Shown: positions 44,377 to 54,813, counted from the first letter of the stretch. The stretch: 64,000 nt of DNA from an uncultured Opitutia bacterium (GCA_903889525.1 CAISXT010000153.1:2340-66339); one strand, 5' to 3'. Numbers and translations are program-made. Notes: generated from the letters alone by a model not told the origin.

Positions 44377-47300
44377 TTAGTAGCGGGTAATCGCTTCGTG
44401 GGAATTGAGGATGACGCGGCACGCCTGCGTCCAGGCGGCGACTTCGATGGGGTCGGCCGTGGGAGCGGCGGCGAAGCCGACTTTCATCAGTTTAGCGGCT
44501 TCGGCTGGGTTCGCTTTATAATAGGCGGTCTGGTCCGTGATGAGTTTACCGAGGGAGTCGCGTTCGGATGCTTTGATTTCTCGTCCCACGGCGAGGCGGA
44601 AACTTTGGGCCAATCGGTCGGTGCCGGCAGGGGTGGTGAGCAGGCGAGCGGCCATCACGCGAGCAGCTTCCACGAAGGTCGGGTCGTTCAGTAAGGTGAG
44701 CGCTTGCTGCGGGGTGTTACTGTAGTTGCGCAGGGCGGTGCACTCGTCGCGGGCCGGTGCATCGAAATTAATGAGCATCGGGTGGAGGAACATCCGTTGC
44801 CAGTGCATGTAGAGCCCTCGCCGCCATTGGCTGTCGTCGGTACTCGCGATATAAGTACGGTTCGGGAATTGGATGGGCTCGTAGTAGCCCGCGGGCTGAT
44901 AGGGTTTCACGCTTGGACCGCCGATGTCTTTGAGGTTGATTAAGCCAGCGATGAACAAGGCGTTATCGCGGACAAATTCAGCGTCGAGTCGCCGAGGGTT
45001 CTGCGAGGCGAGTAGGCGGTTATTGGGATCGAGCTCCTTCAGCTCTGGCCGCAGGCTGCTGCTTTGGCGGTAGGTGCGGCTGGTGACCATCAGTTTGACC
45101 ATCCGTTTCATATCCCACCCTTTGTCTCGAAATTCGACCGACAGCCATTCGAGTAATTCAGGATGGGAGGGAGGTTCGCCCTGTGAGCCGAGGTCATCGA
45201 GCGCGGCACTGAGTCCAGCACCATAGTATTGTTGCCAGAGGCGATTCATGACCGCGCGGGCGGTAATGGGATTGTCCTTGGAGGTGATCCAGTTGGCGAG
45301 GTCGAGGCGGGTGAGGCGTTTCTCCGGGGTGCTTTCCCGGCGGCCTGGAAGAAAGGATGGAGTGCTGGGCAGGACAACCGGTCCAGACACATCAAGGAAG
45401 TTGCCGCGGGGGAGCACGCGTACGGTCAGGGGGGCGACGGATTTGGTCGTCATCGACCAGGCGAACCCCTCGTATTGCCAGCGAATGCGGCTGGCGATAG
45501 CGCGGGCTTTCTCGAGCGCGGGGCGATCGCTGGCTCGTGAGTAGAGGAAACTTCCCATGCTGGCTGGAGATGGCTGACCCGTCTTAAGAGCGGTTAGAAA
45601 GGCTCCATCCGTGACCTTGAGCGGGTCGTGGTGTGAGATCGGTGAGACCGAGACTTTGAATGACAAGGCGGCGGAGCTCTCGAAGTGGACGATAAACTTC
45701 TCGTCCTTCTTCAGGGTGACTGGGGAGTCGAGGAGCCAGACAGCATGGACATCGGCATCGCGCATCTTCAGGGTCCAGCCGGTGACGATGTCTACCGCTT
45801 CGACGGTGCTGTTATAGCGGGGCTCGCGATGGGAGGCATCGGCGAGGAAGAAACCCACGGGGCGTTCTTTGCCCTTGGCATCCGCGATGCCGAAGCGCGC
45901 GGTGATATTGCTGGTGGCGTCCAGGGCGAGCGAGCCTTTCGGGATGTCGATACGGACCGAGGCGATGGGCGTGGCGGTCGGTGCCAGGCTCATCGCGAAG
46001 TCTTCGCCTTTGGCGACGCCGCGTTTCAACTGAATGGGTTCACCGGCCGCAAACTCGGTGGGCATCACGGGCGCAACCGGCTTCTTGACGGCCGCTGTCG
46101 CGTTGGTGTTTTTGGGGGCAGCTTTGGCGGGTGCCGGTGGGGCGGCTTTGTGCAGGAAACTTCCACTGGGGGTAACGAGGCCGGAAGGGTGGGCGGTCAG
46201 GAATTCGTTGGTTTCTTTGAGCCAGGCGGCGAACGCGGTGCGTTTCTGGTCGTCGGCCTGAATCGACTGGGTGAGCTGAGCATAGTGCGCCTGCAGTTCC
46301 GCGCGGCCTTCTTGGTCCTTCTTGGAGAGGTACGCGTTCTTCGAGCGGACTTCTGGGGCGAAGGGGTGTTCATTGCCAACGCCCTTGAGTTCGGGCTCGG
46401 GGGTATAGGAGTAGTCTGCATAGACACCCCATTGTTTTACGTCCGCGAAGAAGGATTGAAGTGAATAGAAGTCAGCCGACTTGATGGGGTCGAATTTATG
46501 ATCATGGCACTCGGCGCAACCGAAGGTACTGCCGAACCACGCGTTGGAAACCGAGCGAACGCGTTCGGCGCCATACTTGGCTAAGTATTCCTTGGCCTGG
46601 GCGCCGCCTTCGCGGGTCATCATGTTTAAGCGATTGTAGCCGCTCGCGACGCGTTGTTCTTCCGTCGGGTTGGGCAGGAGATCGCCGGCAAGTTGTTCTT
46701 GGGTGAAGGTGTCGAACGGCTTATTAGCGTTAAACGCGTTGATGACGTAATCTCGGTACGGGAAGATGCGCTGGTTTTGGTCACCGTGGTAACCGACCGT
46801 GTCGGCGAAGCGGGCAATATCGAGCCACCAGACGGCCATGCGTTCGCCGAAGTGTGGCGAAGCCATCAGTCGATCCACCTGTTTTTCATAAGCGGTGGGG
46901 GAGTGGTCTTGGACGAAGGCGGCCGTCTCTTCGGGCGTGGGTGGAAGGCCGAGTAAATCGAGCGAGACTCGGCGGAGGAGGCGCTCTTTGTTCGCTTCGG
47001 CCGAGGGGGTGATTTTCTTCTCGGCGAGTTTGGCACCGACAAAGGCGTCGATGGGGTTGTGGCCTCCCGCCGGCATCGCCGGCACCGTGGGTGCTTCCAG
47101 TGGCTTGTAGGACCAGTGCGGCTCATAGGAGGCACCTTGAGCAATCCAGCGCTTGAAGAGGGCTTTTTGCTTTTCGGTAAGGTTCTTATGGGATTCCTTA
47201 TTGGGCATCACTTCGTCGGCATCCTGCGAATAGAGCCGCTTGATGACTTCGCTCTCTTCGGGTTTGCCGGGGACGATCGCAATGGCCCCGCTCTTCCCGG

Positions 47301-47499
47301 CTTTTAAGGCATCCTCCCGGAGGTCGAGCCGGAGTTTGCCTTTACGGCTCTTGGCATCGAAGCCGTGGCAATGGAAGCAGGTGTCCGACATGATCGGGCG
47401 GATGTCGCGATTGAAACGAACGGTCTCGTCGGGCTGTTCGGCCGCAAGGCAGCTGAGTCCGATGCAGAGGCTCAGGAAGATAGGCGAAGACACACGCAT
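44377..47499 (-). CDS. PSCyt1 + DUF1549 + DUF1553 protein
   Basis: I trimmed the start to the ATG at 47499 (MRVSSPIFLSLCIGLSCLAA). Motifs are CFHCHGFD, CAECHDHKFDPI and VMNRLWQQYYG. Confidence 0.85.
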   Translation of the reverse strand: MRVSSPIFLSLCIGLSCLAAEQPDETVRFNRDIRPIMSDTCFHCHGFDAKSRKGKLRLDLREDALKAGKSGAIAIVPGKPEESEVIKRLYSQDADEVMPNKESHKNLTEKQKALFKRWIAQGASYEPHWSYKPLEAPTVPAMPAGGHNPIDAFVGAKLAEKKITPSAEANKERLLRRVSLDLLGLPPTPEETAAFVQDHSPTAYEKQVDRLMASPHFGERMAVWWLDIARFADTVGYHGDQNQRIFPYRDYVINAFNANKPFDTFTQEQLAGDLLPNPTEEQRVASGYNRLNMMTREGGAQAKEYLAKYGAERVRSVSNAWFGSTFGCAECHDHKFDPIKSADFYSLQSFFADVKQWGVYADYSYTPEPELKGVGNEHPFAPEVRSKNAYLSKKDQEGRAELQAHYAQLTQSIQADDQKRTAFAAWLKETNEFLTAHPSGLVTPSGSFLHKAAPPAPAKAAPKNTNATAAVKKPVAPVMPTEFAAGEPIQLKRGVAKGEDFAMSLAPTATPIASVRIDIPKGSLALDATSNITARFGIADAKGKERPVGFFLADASHREPRYNSTVEAVDIVTGWTLKMRDADVHAVWLLDSPVTLKKDEKFIVHFESSAALSFKVSVSPISHHDPLKVTDGAFLTALKTGQPSPASMGSFLYSRASDRPALEKARAIASRIRWQYEGFAWSMTTKSVAPLTVRVLPRGNFLDVSGPVVLPSTPSFLPGRRESTPEKRLTRLDLANWITSKDNPITARAVMNRLWQQYYGAGLSAALDDLGSQGEPPSHPELLEWLSVEFRDKGWDMKRMVKLMVTSRTYRQSSSLRPELKELDPNNRLLASQNPRRLDAEFVRDNALFIAGLINLKDIGGPSVKPYQPAGYYEPIQFPNRTYIASTDDSQWRRGLYMHWQRMFLHPMLINFDAPARDECTALRNYSNTPQQALTLLNDPTFVEAARVMAARLLTTPAGTDRLAQSFRLAVGREIKASERDSLGKLITDQTAYYKANPAEAAKLMKVGFAAAPTADPIEVAAWTQACRVILNSHEAITRY

Positions 47500-47595
47500 G
47501 GCAGGGGTAGGCTTTAGACAAGCTGGCACCGCCCGGGTTTCAATGGGAATCCCGGGGAAACCCCTCAGGGCCGATCGACCTCGAGAGAGGTAAGC

Positions 47596-49302
47596 TTATC
47601 GGGCCGGGGCTGCAGGGAGTTTCTTGCCGCCCACTTGATTGTCTTCGTGGGCCGGGTACTTGGATAGGTCGATGGCTTTGTTGAGCACCTGTCCATCCGC
47701 CAGCAGCCGGGCCTTGAGTTGGGCGTAAGCTACGTCTTGGACGGCAAGATTGCCGTCGATGGCGAGGGCGGCGGCGGTGGCGGCGGATTGTCCAAGGATC
47801 ATGAAGACGGGCTCCATCCGAATTGAACCATAGGCGATATGGGTGGCACCGCAGGCGACGGGGACGAGTAGGTTGGTGGCCTGCGTTTTCTTGGGGACCA
47901 AGGCACCGTAGGCGATTTCGTAAGGGCCGCGCGGGGAGACACCGATATCGCCTTCGTTCTGCACGTAGCCTTCTGGGGTGACGTAGCGCTGGGTGTTGTG
48001 CGAATCGATCATGTATGAGCCCATGCCGACGGAATCGGGCGTCGGCTTTACCTTGGTGAGCTCATTCTCGGTCATCACAAATGTGCCGACGAGACGACGG
48101 GCTTCGCGGACGTAGATTTGGTGCGACCAGTTACCGTTATCTTTGAATTCGTCCTTGGGTAAGCCCCACGTATTCATCTTGGCGCGGACGTCCGGGGGGA
48201 CGCGCGGATCGGTGCAGATGAAGTAGAGGAGTCCTTTTTGGTAGGTTTCGTGTTCCTGGATAATCTCCTTGCGACGGGCATAGCTGGCCTCGGGGTAATC
48301 GTAGTTATAGCCGATATTATCGAAGCTGAAACCACCGTGGTTGTTGGTGTCAGTCTTGCCGTTCGGAATGAGGTCGAACTTATCGAACGTCTCTTTCCAT
48401 CCAGCCGCATAGGCCCGGGCGAGGACCTCATATTGTTTGGGATCATAACCTTCGGGGGCCGTGAAGGGGACCCGGTTTTCCGGGACGTTGGTCAGGCACA
48501 TCCGGAAGCAGTAAGCTTGCAGGCGCTGATCAGCTTCGCCGAAGGCCGCAGGCTTCACGGGGGTGACGCGGGCGACGAGGCCGCTCTTAGGGTCGCCAGG
48601 GGTGATGTAAGGGTCGATGCCGGTCTGCAGGACGCCGAAATGGTGGCGGTGGTGCAGGACGCCGATTTGGGAGCCGTTATGCTTTTCGCCATACTCGGCG
48701 TTGGCTTCTCGGCCAACCCGGTAGGTGACGCCGGCGGCCGCCATGAGGTCGCCCTCGTAAGTGGCGTCGATGAATACCTTCCCCGCGAAACTCTTGCCTG
48801 AGAGCATGCGGATCTCGGCGATACGTCCGTTTTCGAGGGTTACACCCTTGGCGCGATCGAGCCATTCGTTGCGGAAGACGGGTAGCGAGAATTCATTGAC
48901 GTAATCCTCAAAAACTTTCTCGGCGATGCTCGGCTCGAAAATCCACATGGTCCGTTCACGCTGATCCATGGCGACGGTGCTCTGGCCTTTGTTGCCGAAG
49001 GCTTCGCGCTTTTGGTGTACCCAGGTTTCGGGCTGCTGATAATATTGCCAGACGCGGTGGTAGAAGTTGCGGGAAAGGCCGCCGATGACGGACTTGTCGC
49101 CGCTATCGGTGTAGCCGAGCCCGCCGCTGCTCAGGCCTCCGAGATGACGATCCGGCCCGACGATGACGACGGACTTACCCATCTTCTTGGCTTGGACGGC
49201 GGCGATGACGCCCGCGGAGGTTCCACCATAGATAACGATATCGAAATTTTCTGCGGCCGTGAGGCGATACGCGCACAGGCAGAGGAGGGCGAGGAGGCGC
49301 AT
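47596..49302 (-). CDS. Secreted FAD-dependent oxidoreductase (FAD_oxidored family)
   Basis: A signal peptide is followed by the dinucleotide-binding motif DIVIYGGTSAGVIAAVQA and LGGLSSGGLGYTD. Confidence 0.75.
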   Translation of the reverse strand: MRLLALLCLCAYRLTAAENFDIVIYGGTSAGVIAAVQAKKMGKSVVIVGPDRHLGGLSSGGLGYTDSGDKSVIGGLSRNFYHRVWQYYQQPETWVHQKREAFGNKGQSTVAMDQRERTMWIFEPSIAEKVFEDYVNEFSLPVFRNEWLDRAKGVTLENGRIAEIRMLSGKSFAGKVFIDATYEGDLMAAAGVTYRVGREANAEYGEKHNGSQIGVLHHRHHFGVLQTGIDPYITPGDPKSGLVARVTPVKPAAFGEADQRLQAYCFRMCLTNVPENRVPFTAPEGYDPKQYEVLARAYAAGWKETFDKFDLIPNGKTDTNNHGGFSFDNIGYNYDYPEASYARRKEIIQEHETYQKGLLYFICTDPRVPPDVRAKMNTWGLPKDEFKDNGNWSHQIYVREARRLVGTFVMTENELTKVKPTPDSVGMGSYMIDSHNTQRYVTPEGYVQNEGDIGVSPRGPYEIAYGALVPKKTQATNLLVPVACGATHIAYGSIRMEPVFMILGQSAATAAALAIDGNLAVQDVAYAQLKARLLADGQVLNKAIDLSKYPAHEDNQVGGKKLPAAPAR

Positions 49303-49304
49303 GC

Positions 49305-50150
49305 TCAGCGGTTGGTCGACTGTTTAACGATGAAGTTCAGCACTGCCAGCCGGGCCGGGTCATCAAGATTGCGCATGTTGTGGCCAACGCTGTCATGGTC
49401 GCGGTTTTCCACGCGGAGCGAATAGCTCTCCGTATGCCCAGCGGCCTTCAGGGTCGCGACGAAGAATTGATTCTCTTCGCCCCGGGTGATCATGTCGTTC
49501 TGGGCGTAAATGGTGAGGACGGGCGGCAAGGCTTTCTTAATGTAGAAGCAGGGCGCAGCTTCGTCGGCGGTGAGGCCATACTTGGCTTGGCCGCGTTCCT
49601 CGCGGACGGTGTAGTGTGTCAGGACCTGTCCGCTCACCTGGGCGATGCCAGCGACGGAACCAAGGGTGAGTCCGTGGGGCTTGAGTCGTTCGGGGTCGAA
49701 GCCAACAAGCAGTGCGAGGTAGCCTCCGGCGGAGTGGCCACCGATGAAAACTTTGTGCGGATCGCCGCCGTATTCGGCGATGTGTTTGACGGTCCAGGCG
49801 AAAGCTGCCGCTGCGTCATTCACGTAGGCGGGGTATTTGGCCTTGGGGCTCAGGCGGTAGTTCGGTGTGACGGTGGCGACGCCGCCTTTGGCGAAGCTCA
49901 TCGCGATATCCGTGGCATGCACGTTCGGCATGTCCTTGTTGCCGTTCTTTAATCCGCCGCCGTAGAACCAGACAAAGGTCGCGAAGCCTTTGCCTTCGGC
50001 CGGGATTGCGATGTCCAGTTTGCAGCGCTCCTGCTCGTAGGGGGTAAGGGAGACGACATCATCCTTGTAGGGGATATCCTTAATAAGTTTGGGGGCAGCG
50101 GACTCGGCGAGCAGTGCCGCCGGCAACAAGAGGAGGACGGAGAGGCGCAT
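49305..50150 (-). CDS. Secreted alpha/beta hydrolase (esterase)
   Basis: Has a signal peptide, the oxyanion region WFYGGGL and the nucleophile elbow GGHSAGG. It has a 1-nt overlap (TAATG) with the upstream DUF1501 gene and a 2-nt gap to the downstream FAD oxidoreductase gene. Confidence 0.75.
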   Translation of the reverse strand: MRLSVLLLLPAALLAESAAPKLIKDIPYKDDVVSLTPYEQERCKLDIAIPAEGKGFATFVWFYGGGLKNGNKDMPNVHATDIAMSFAKGGVATVTPNYRLSPKAKYPAYVNDAAAAFAWTVKHIAEYGGDPHKVFIGGHSAGGYLALLVGFDPERLKPHGLTLGSVAGIAQVSGQVLTHYTVREERGQAKYGLTADEAAPCFYIKKALPPVLTIYAQNDMITRGEENQFFVATLKAAGHTESYSLRVENRDHDSVGHNMRNLDDPARLAVLNFIVKQSTNR

Positions 50151-51589
50151 TAGGCGATGATGGAGTCGACAATCTTGCCGTGGACGTCGGTGAGGCGATA
50201 GTCGCGACCGGCGTTACGGAAAGTGAACTCCTCGTGGTTGAACCCGAGGAGGCGCAGGATGGTGGCGTGTAAGTCATGGACATGCACCACGTCCTTGACG
50301 GCCTTGAAGCCGAACTCGTCGCTCTCGCCATGGATGTGGCCAGGTTTCACGCCACCACCGGCCATCCACATGGTGAAGCCGTGGCTGTTATGATCGCGTC
50401 CATTAATCTTGCCAGCGTTGGAGCCAGGTGTGGGAAGTTCCACGGTGGGAGTTCGGCCGAATTCTCCTCCCCAGATGACGAGCGTATCTTCGAGCATGCC
50501 GAGTCGTTTGAGATCCGTTAGGAGTGCCGCAATGGGTTGATCGGCTTCAAGGGCGAGGCGCTTATGATTTTTCTCGATGTCGTCATGGCTGTCCCATGGC
50601 TGTCCGGCGCCGTGCCAGAGCTGGATGAAGCGCACGCCGCGTTCGGCGAGGCGACGAGCGATGAGGAACTGTCGGCCAAGGGTCGTATCACCATACATCT
50701 CACGCGTCTTTTCAGGCTCGCGGCCGATGTCAAAGGCGTCGGTGGCTTCGAGTTGCATACGATAGGCCATCTCGAAGGACTGGGCTCGGGCTTCCAGGGC
50801 GGCATCCTGCGAGCGGGTCGCTTGGTGGGCGGCGTTGAGCTTCGCGAGGAGGTCGAGTTGCTTGCGCTGGGCGGGCCGGGAGAGGCCGTGGTTGCGGATA
50901 TTCTCCACGAGTTCGTCGACGTTGCGTTTAGCGGTGTCGACGTAGTTGCCCTGATAGACGCCAGGCAGGAACCCGCATTGCCAGTTCTGGGTTTCTTGAA
51001 TCGGGAAGCCACCCGGACAAAGGGTCATGAAGCCGGGCAGATTTTCGTTCTCGGTGCCGAGTCCGTAGGTGACCCAAGAGCCGAGGGAGGGGCGAATCTG
51101 CCGGGCGTCGCCGCAATTCATCAGCAATAGAGAGGGTTCGTGATTCGGCACATCGGCCTTCATCGAACGAATTACGCAGAGATCGTCGGCATGCTCGGCG
51201 GTTTTCTCAAAGAGTTCGCTGACTTCGAGTCCGCTCTTGCCGTAACGTTTCCAACTGAAGGGTGAACGGAAGGCGGCCCCGGTCTTGCGTTCGGTGGCGA
51301 TGTAGTCGCCGGGGAGGGTCTTGCCGTGGTATTTATCGAGGCTGATCTTGCGATCGAAGGTATCGACCTGGGAGGCACCGCCGTTGGCGAAGATATGGAT
51401 GACGCGCTTGGCCTTGAAGGGGAGGGGCGGTTTGCGAGCCGCCAAGGGGTGCATCGGGTCGACGTTAATCTGCGCGGCCTGCAGGTCGCGCTGCAGGAGC
51501 GAACTCAGGGCGACGCCGCCGAGCCCCATGCCGCAACGGCGGAGGAATTCGCGCCGCGAACCGAGGGAGAGTGTGTCGATGTGTTGCAT
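50150..51589 (-). CDS. Tat-exported DUF1501 protein
   Basis: Twin-arginine leader SRREFLRRCGMGLGG, with the motifs WDSHD, GEFGRTP and GRDHN. It has a TAATG overlap with the upstream PSCyt gene. Confidence 0.85.
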   Translation of the reverse strand: MQHIDTLSLGSRREFLRRCGMGLGGVALSSLLQRDLQAAQINVDPMHPLAARKPPLPFKAKRVIHIFANGGASQVDTFDRKISLDKYHGKTLPGDYIATERKTGAAFRSPFSWKRYGKSGLEVSELFEKTAEHADDLCVIRSMKADVPNHEPSLLLMNCGDARQIRPSLGSWVTYGLGTENENLPGFMTLCPGGFPIQETQNWQCGFLPGVYQGNYVDTAKRNVDELVENIRNHGLSRPAQRKQLDLLAKLNAAHQATRSQDAALEARAQSFEMAYRMQLEATDAFDIGREPEKTREMYGDTTLGRQFLIARRLAERGVRFIQLWHGAGQPWDSHDDIEKNHKRLALEADQPIAALLTDLKRLGMLEDTLVIWGGEFGRTPTVELPTPGSNAGKINGRDHNSHGFTMWMAGGGVKPGHIHGESDEFGFKAVKDVVHVHDLHATILRLLGFNHEEFTFRNAGRDYRLTDVHGKIVDSIIA

Positions 51590-54500
51590 TAGTCGGCGAA
51601 GATGAATTCGTTGCTCTCTAGAAGGACCTGTGCGAAGGTCGACCAGGCTGACTGCGGGTCGGTCTTTTTGCCGAAGTCAGCGGCACCTGAGGCGATGACT
51701 TCCCCCGACTTGGCATCTTTGATTACGGCCGACCATTTGAAGCCGTCGCTATTGGAGCCGATCAGATTATCGGCGACGAAGTTAATCGACTCACCGGGGG
51801 CGAGTTCGATTTCCTCGAGATTAAGCGTGGCGGCACCAGCCCCTTTGGCCACGGCTTCCAAGAGTAAGCCGGCCCGGCTACTCGCAATTCGTCCGCGGAC
51901 GCCATCGCTAGATTTGCTGGGGACTTCTAGTTTACTTTCGATGCGGAATTTACCGCCGCCACCTGCGGTCCAGCGCCGCACCACCGCCGTATCTTGTCGG
52001 TCGCCAGGATGTCCGCCGGCCGCAGAGAGGAAGGCGTGGCCGAACTCCTTATTGGGCATTTTGTCGCCGGGTCCGAAGCCTTCCTTGATTTTGAATTTCA
52101 TCTCCGTGAACTTCAACTGTTTGGTGGCGGGGTCCCATCCGCCTACGCCGTACGTCCAGGTGGCGGGCGCAGGTGCCTGGCCCGCGTCGCGAATGTATTG
52201 GACGGCGAGTTGGGTTTCGGTGCTCGTCGGGCGACGGCTGAGGACAGCGGCGTAGAGTGCGGCGACCTTGGCTTCGTCGTTGGCTAAGGTAGTTACCTTG
52301 GACGCAAGCGCATCAGCTTGGGTTCTCGCGAAGGGATGGTTGAGCATCCACAGGGCCTGCTGGGGTGTCGTGGTCTGGTTGCGCTTCGGCACGTGATAGT
52401 CCGGATTAGCGAAGTCAAAGGTCCGGAAGACGGCGGGCAGGTTCTGGCGGTCGATGAAACTGTAGATGGTTCGGCGGGGGGTCGAGAAGTTGGCGACCAG
52501 GTCGAAGGGTTGGCCGCCCGTCTTTATTTCGAGATTTCCGGCGACGCGGAGGATGCTGTCCCGCATCGCTTCAAAATCGAGTCGGCGGCGATTGGCGCGC
52601 CAAGCAAGAAGGTTGTCGGGGTCTTTGGCGACGCCCGCGGGGTTGAGTTCGGAGGACTGGCGGAAAGTGCTGGAGAGCACGATGGTGCGGATGAGCTTCT
52701 TCATCGACCAGTTGTCGGCCATGAAGGTGGTGGCGAGGTGATCGAGAAGCTCGGGGTTTTTGGACGCGGCAGTGCGGACGCCGAAGTCGCTCGGGGTCTC
52801 CACCAGCGGTACACCGATGAGCTCCGTCCAGACGCGATTGACCATGACGCGAGCCGTCAGCGGATTGGTTTTGCTGGCGATCGCATTGGCGAGTTCCAGA
52901 CGCCCGCTGCCTTCTTTGAATTCCTTAGGCGGGCCGTCGGAAAGGATCGCGAGGAACTGGCGTGCAACGTTCTTGCCGGGTCGGCTGGGGCTGCCTCGAA
53001 GGAAGACCACGCCCTGGGCTGGCTTGGCTTTATCCTGGAGCGCCATGGCGTGGGGCGGGCTCTTGGGGCTCGTGGCCTTGAAGGCCATGACTTCAGTCTC
53101 AAGTTTGGTGCGCGTGTTGCGGTCGGCGATGTTGTAGCCGGGGATGAGCGAGTCGGCGGTAACGGCAGTCGGGCCGTTTGGGGCCTCGATGAGTGCGCGC
53201 CACGACTTCCATTCGGCGAGGGCGGCCTTCTCGGGCTTGTGGGCTTCGGCGAGGGTAGCGGCGAGGCAGGCGGTGAGTTCGCTGAACTTCTTCGGGGCCT
53301 TCTTCTGAATCTCGGCGCGCAGGAGTGCATCCTTCAGGGATTCCGGCTGAGCCAGCTGGGCAGCGAGGGCCCCGACGAATTTATCATCAGCGACATCTCT
53401 CAGCTGATACCAGCCACCCCAGACGGGGTCTTTGTCGTTCAACTTCGCTTTGAGGATGCGTTGCCAGCCAGTCAGGACCGTGGGGTAGAGGTTGGTGCGT
53501 TTCGCTTCCTGGGTGAAATTGAAATTGGGTTCTTTGATGGAGCGGAGCACCAGGGTGAGATAGTCGGCGGTCTTGGCGGCGGAAAAAGAGAGCTCGCGGC
53601 GGCTGGTGACGAACTCGTCATATTTCTTTTGCAGGGCGCCCAGCTCGGTTTCGAATTCTGCGGTTTCCTTCGTGCGGGTGAAGGGCTTGAGCGCGGGGAG
53701 CTCCTTCGGCTCTTCGCTCGAATTGAAGATTGAGTAGAGGGAGTAGTATTCGGTGGTGGGAAGCGGGTCGAACTTGTGGTCATGGCAACGGGCACAGGCC
53801 ATCGTCAGTGCTTGCGTGCCACGCATGACCACGTCGATGCGGTCATCGATGATGTCCTGCTGGTTATTAATGAAACGCCGCCCGAGGGTCACGTAACCTA
53901 GGGCGGCGAGGTCGCGGTTGTCTTCACCCTGCACGATTTTATCCGCGGCGAGCTGCAGGCGGAGAAATTGATCGTAGGGTAGGTCCTTGTTGAATGCGTT
54001 CACAACCCAGTCGCGGTAAGTATAGGCGTAAGGGTAGCGGCGCTCTTCCTGGAAAACGTAGCCTTTGGTGTCGGAGTAGCGGGCGACATCGAGCCAGTGG
54101 CGACCCCAGCGTTCCCCGAAGGCTTGGTCTGCCATGAGCCGGTCGACAAATTTTTCCGCGGCAGCGGGGTCCTTGTCGTCAACGAAGGCGGCGACTTCCG
54201 GCGCACTCGGGTTTACGCCCCAAAGCGCTAAGGTGAAACGGCGGGCCAAGGTTTCGCGGTTGGCTTCGGGCGAAGCCTGCAAGCCATTCGCTTCGAGTTT
54301 GGCCAAGACAAAGCGATCAAGCGGTTGGCGCACGGCCGCAGTATTTTTAATCGAGGGCAGCGGCGGGTTTTTGACCGGCTGGAAGGCCCAGTGATTGCGA
54401 GGGTCGTTGGCGACGGGCGAACTTTCGGTCGGCCAAGGCAGGCCCATGCGCACCCATTCGGTCAGCGCGGCGATGGCCTTGTCGGAAATTTTATCATCCG

Positions 54501-54813
54501 CGTTGGGCATCGGTTCGACGTCCTTCGTCTTGGCGTGGTTGATGGCGAGGATTAGGCGGCTGAGTTCAGGCTTCCCGGCAACGACGGCGGCACCGACTTC
54601 TCCGCCCTTGAGAATCAATTCGCGCGAGTCCAGGCGTAGTCCCGATTTCTGCTTTTTAGGGCCATGGCACTTAAAACAGTTATCGGCCAGTACCGGGCGT
54701 ACCTCCTTTTCAAAGAACTCGATCTGGGCGGCCGTGGGTGCGGGCGTGGTTTCCGCCCCCTTCCCTAGCAAAGGAAGGAGCAAAAGGGCGATGAGGGCAG
54801 GGCGGAAAGGCAT
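51589..54813 (-). CDS. PSCyt1 + DUF1549 + DUF1553 protein
   Basis: Signal peptide MPFRPALIALLLLPLLGKGA, with the motifs CFKCHGPKK, CARCHDHKFDPL and VMVNRVWTELIG. Confidence 0.85.
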   Translation of the reverse strand: MPFRPALIALLLLPLLGKGAETTPAPTAAQIEFFEKEVRPVLADNCFKCHGPKKQKSGLRLDSRELILKGGEVGAAVVAGKPELSRLILAINHAKTKDVEPMPNADDKISDKAIAALTEWVRMGLPWPTESSPVANDPRNHWAFQPVKNPPLPSIKNTAAVRQPLDRFVLAKLEANGLQASPEANRETLARRFTLALWGVNPSAPEVAAFVDDKDPAAAEKFVDRLMADQAFGERWGRHWLDVARYSDTKGYVFQEERRYPYAYTYRDWVVNAFNKDLPYDQFLRLQLAADKIVQGEDNRDLAALGYVTLGRRFINNQQDIIDDRIDVVMRGTQALTMACARCHDHKFDPLPTTEYYSLYSIFNSSEEPKELPALKPFTRTKETAEFETELGALQKKYDEFVTSRRELSFSAAKTADYLTLVLRSIKEPNFNFTQEAKRTNLYPTVLTGWQRILKAKLNDKDPVWGGWYQLRDVADDKFVGALAAQLAQPESLKDALLRAEIQKKAPKKFSELTACLAATLAEAHKPEKAALAEWKSWRALIEAPNGPTAVTADSLIPGYNIADRNTRTKLETEVMAFKATSPKSPPHAMALQDKAKPAQGVVFLRGSPSRPGKNVARQFLAILSDGPPKEFKEGSGRLELANAIASKTNPLTARVMVNRVWTELIGVPLVETPSDFGVRTAASKNPELLDHLATTFMADNWSMKKLIRTIVLSSTFRQSSELNPAGVAKDPDNLLAWRANRRRLDFEAMRDSILRVAGNLEIKTGGQPFDLVANFSTPRRTIYSFIDRQNLPAVFRTFDFANPDYHVPKRNQTTTPQQALWMLNHPFARTQADALASKVTTLANDEAKVAALYAAVLSRRPTSTETQLAVQYIRDAGQAPAPATWTYGVGGWDPATKQLKFTEMKFKIKEGFGPGDKMPNKEFGHAFLSAAGGHPGDRQDTAVVRRWTAGGGGKFRIESKLEVPSKSSDGVRGRIASSRAGLLLEAVAKGAGAATLNLEEIELAPGESINFVADNLIGSNSDGFKWSAVIKDAKSGEVIASGAADFGKKTDPQSAWSTFAQVLLESNEFIFAD

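Noticed and set aside
52318-53733. 471-aa plus-strand ORF
   Set aside because: It is antisense to the PSCyt/DUF1549/DUF1553 gene at 51589-54813. The translation is Gly/Glu/Arg-rich with no motif. Long open antisense frames are expected at this GC content.
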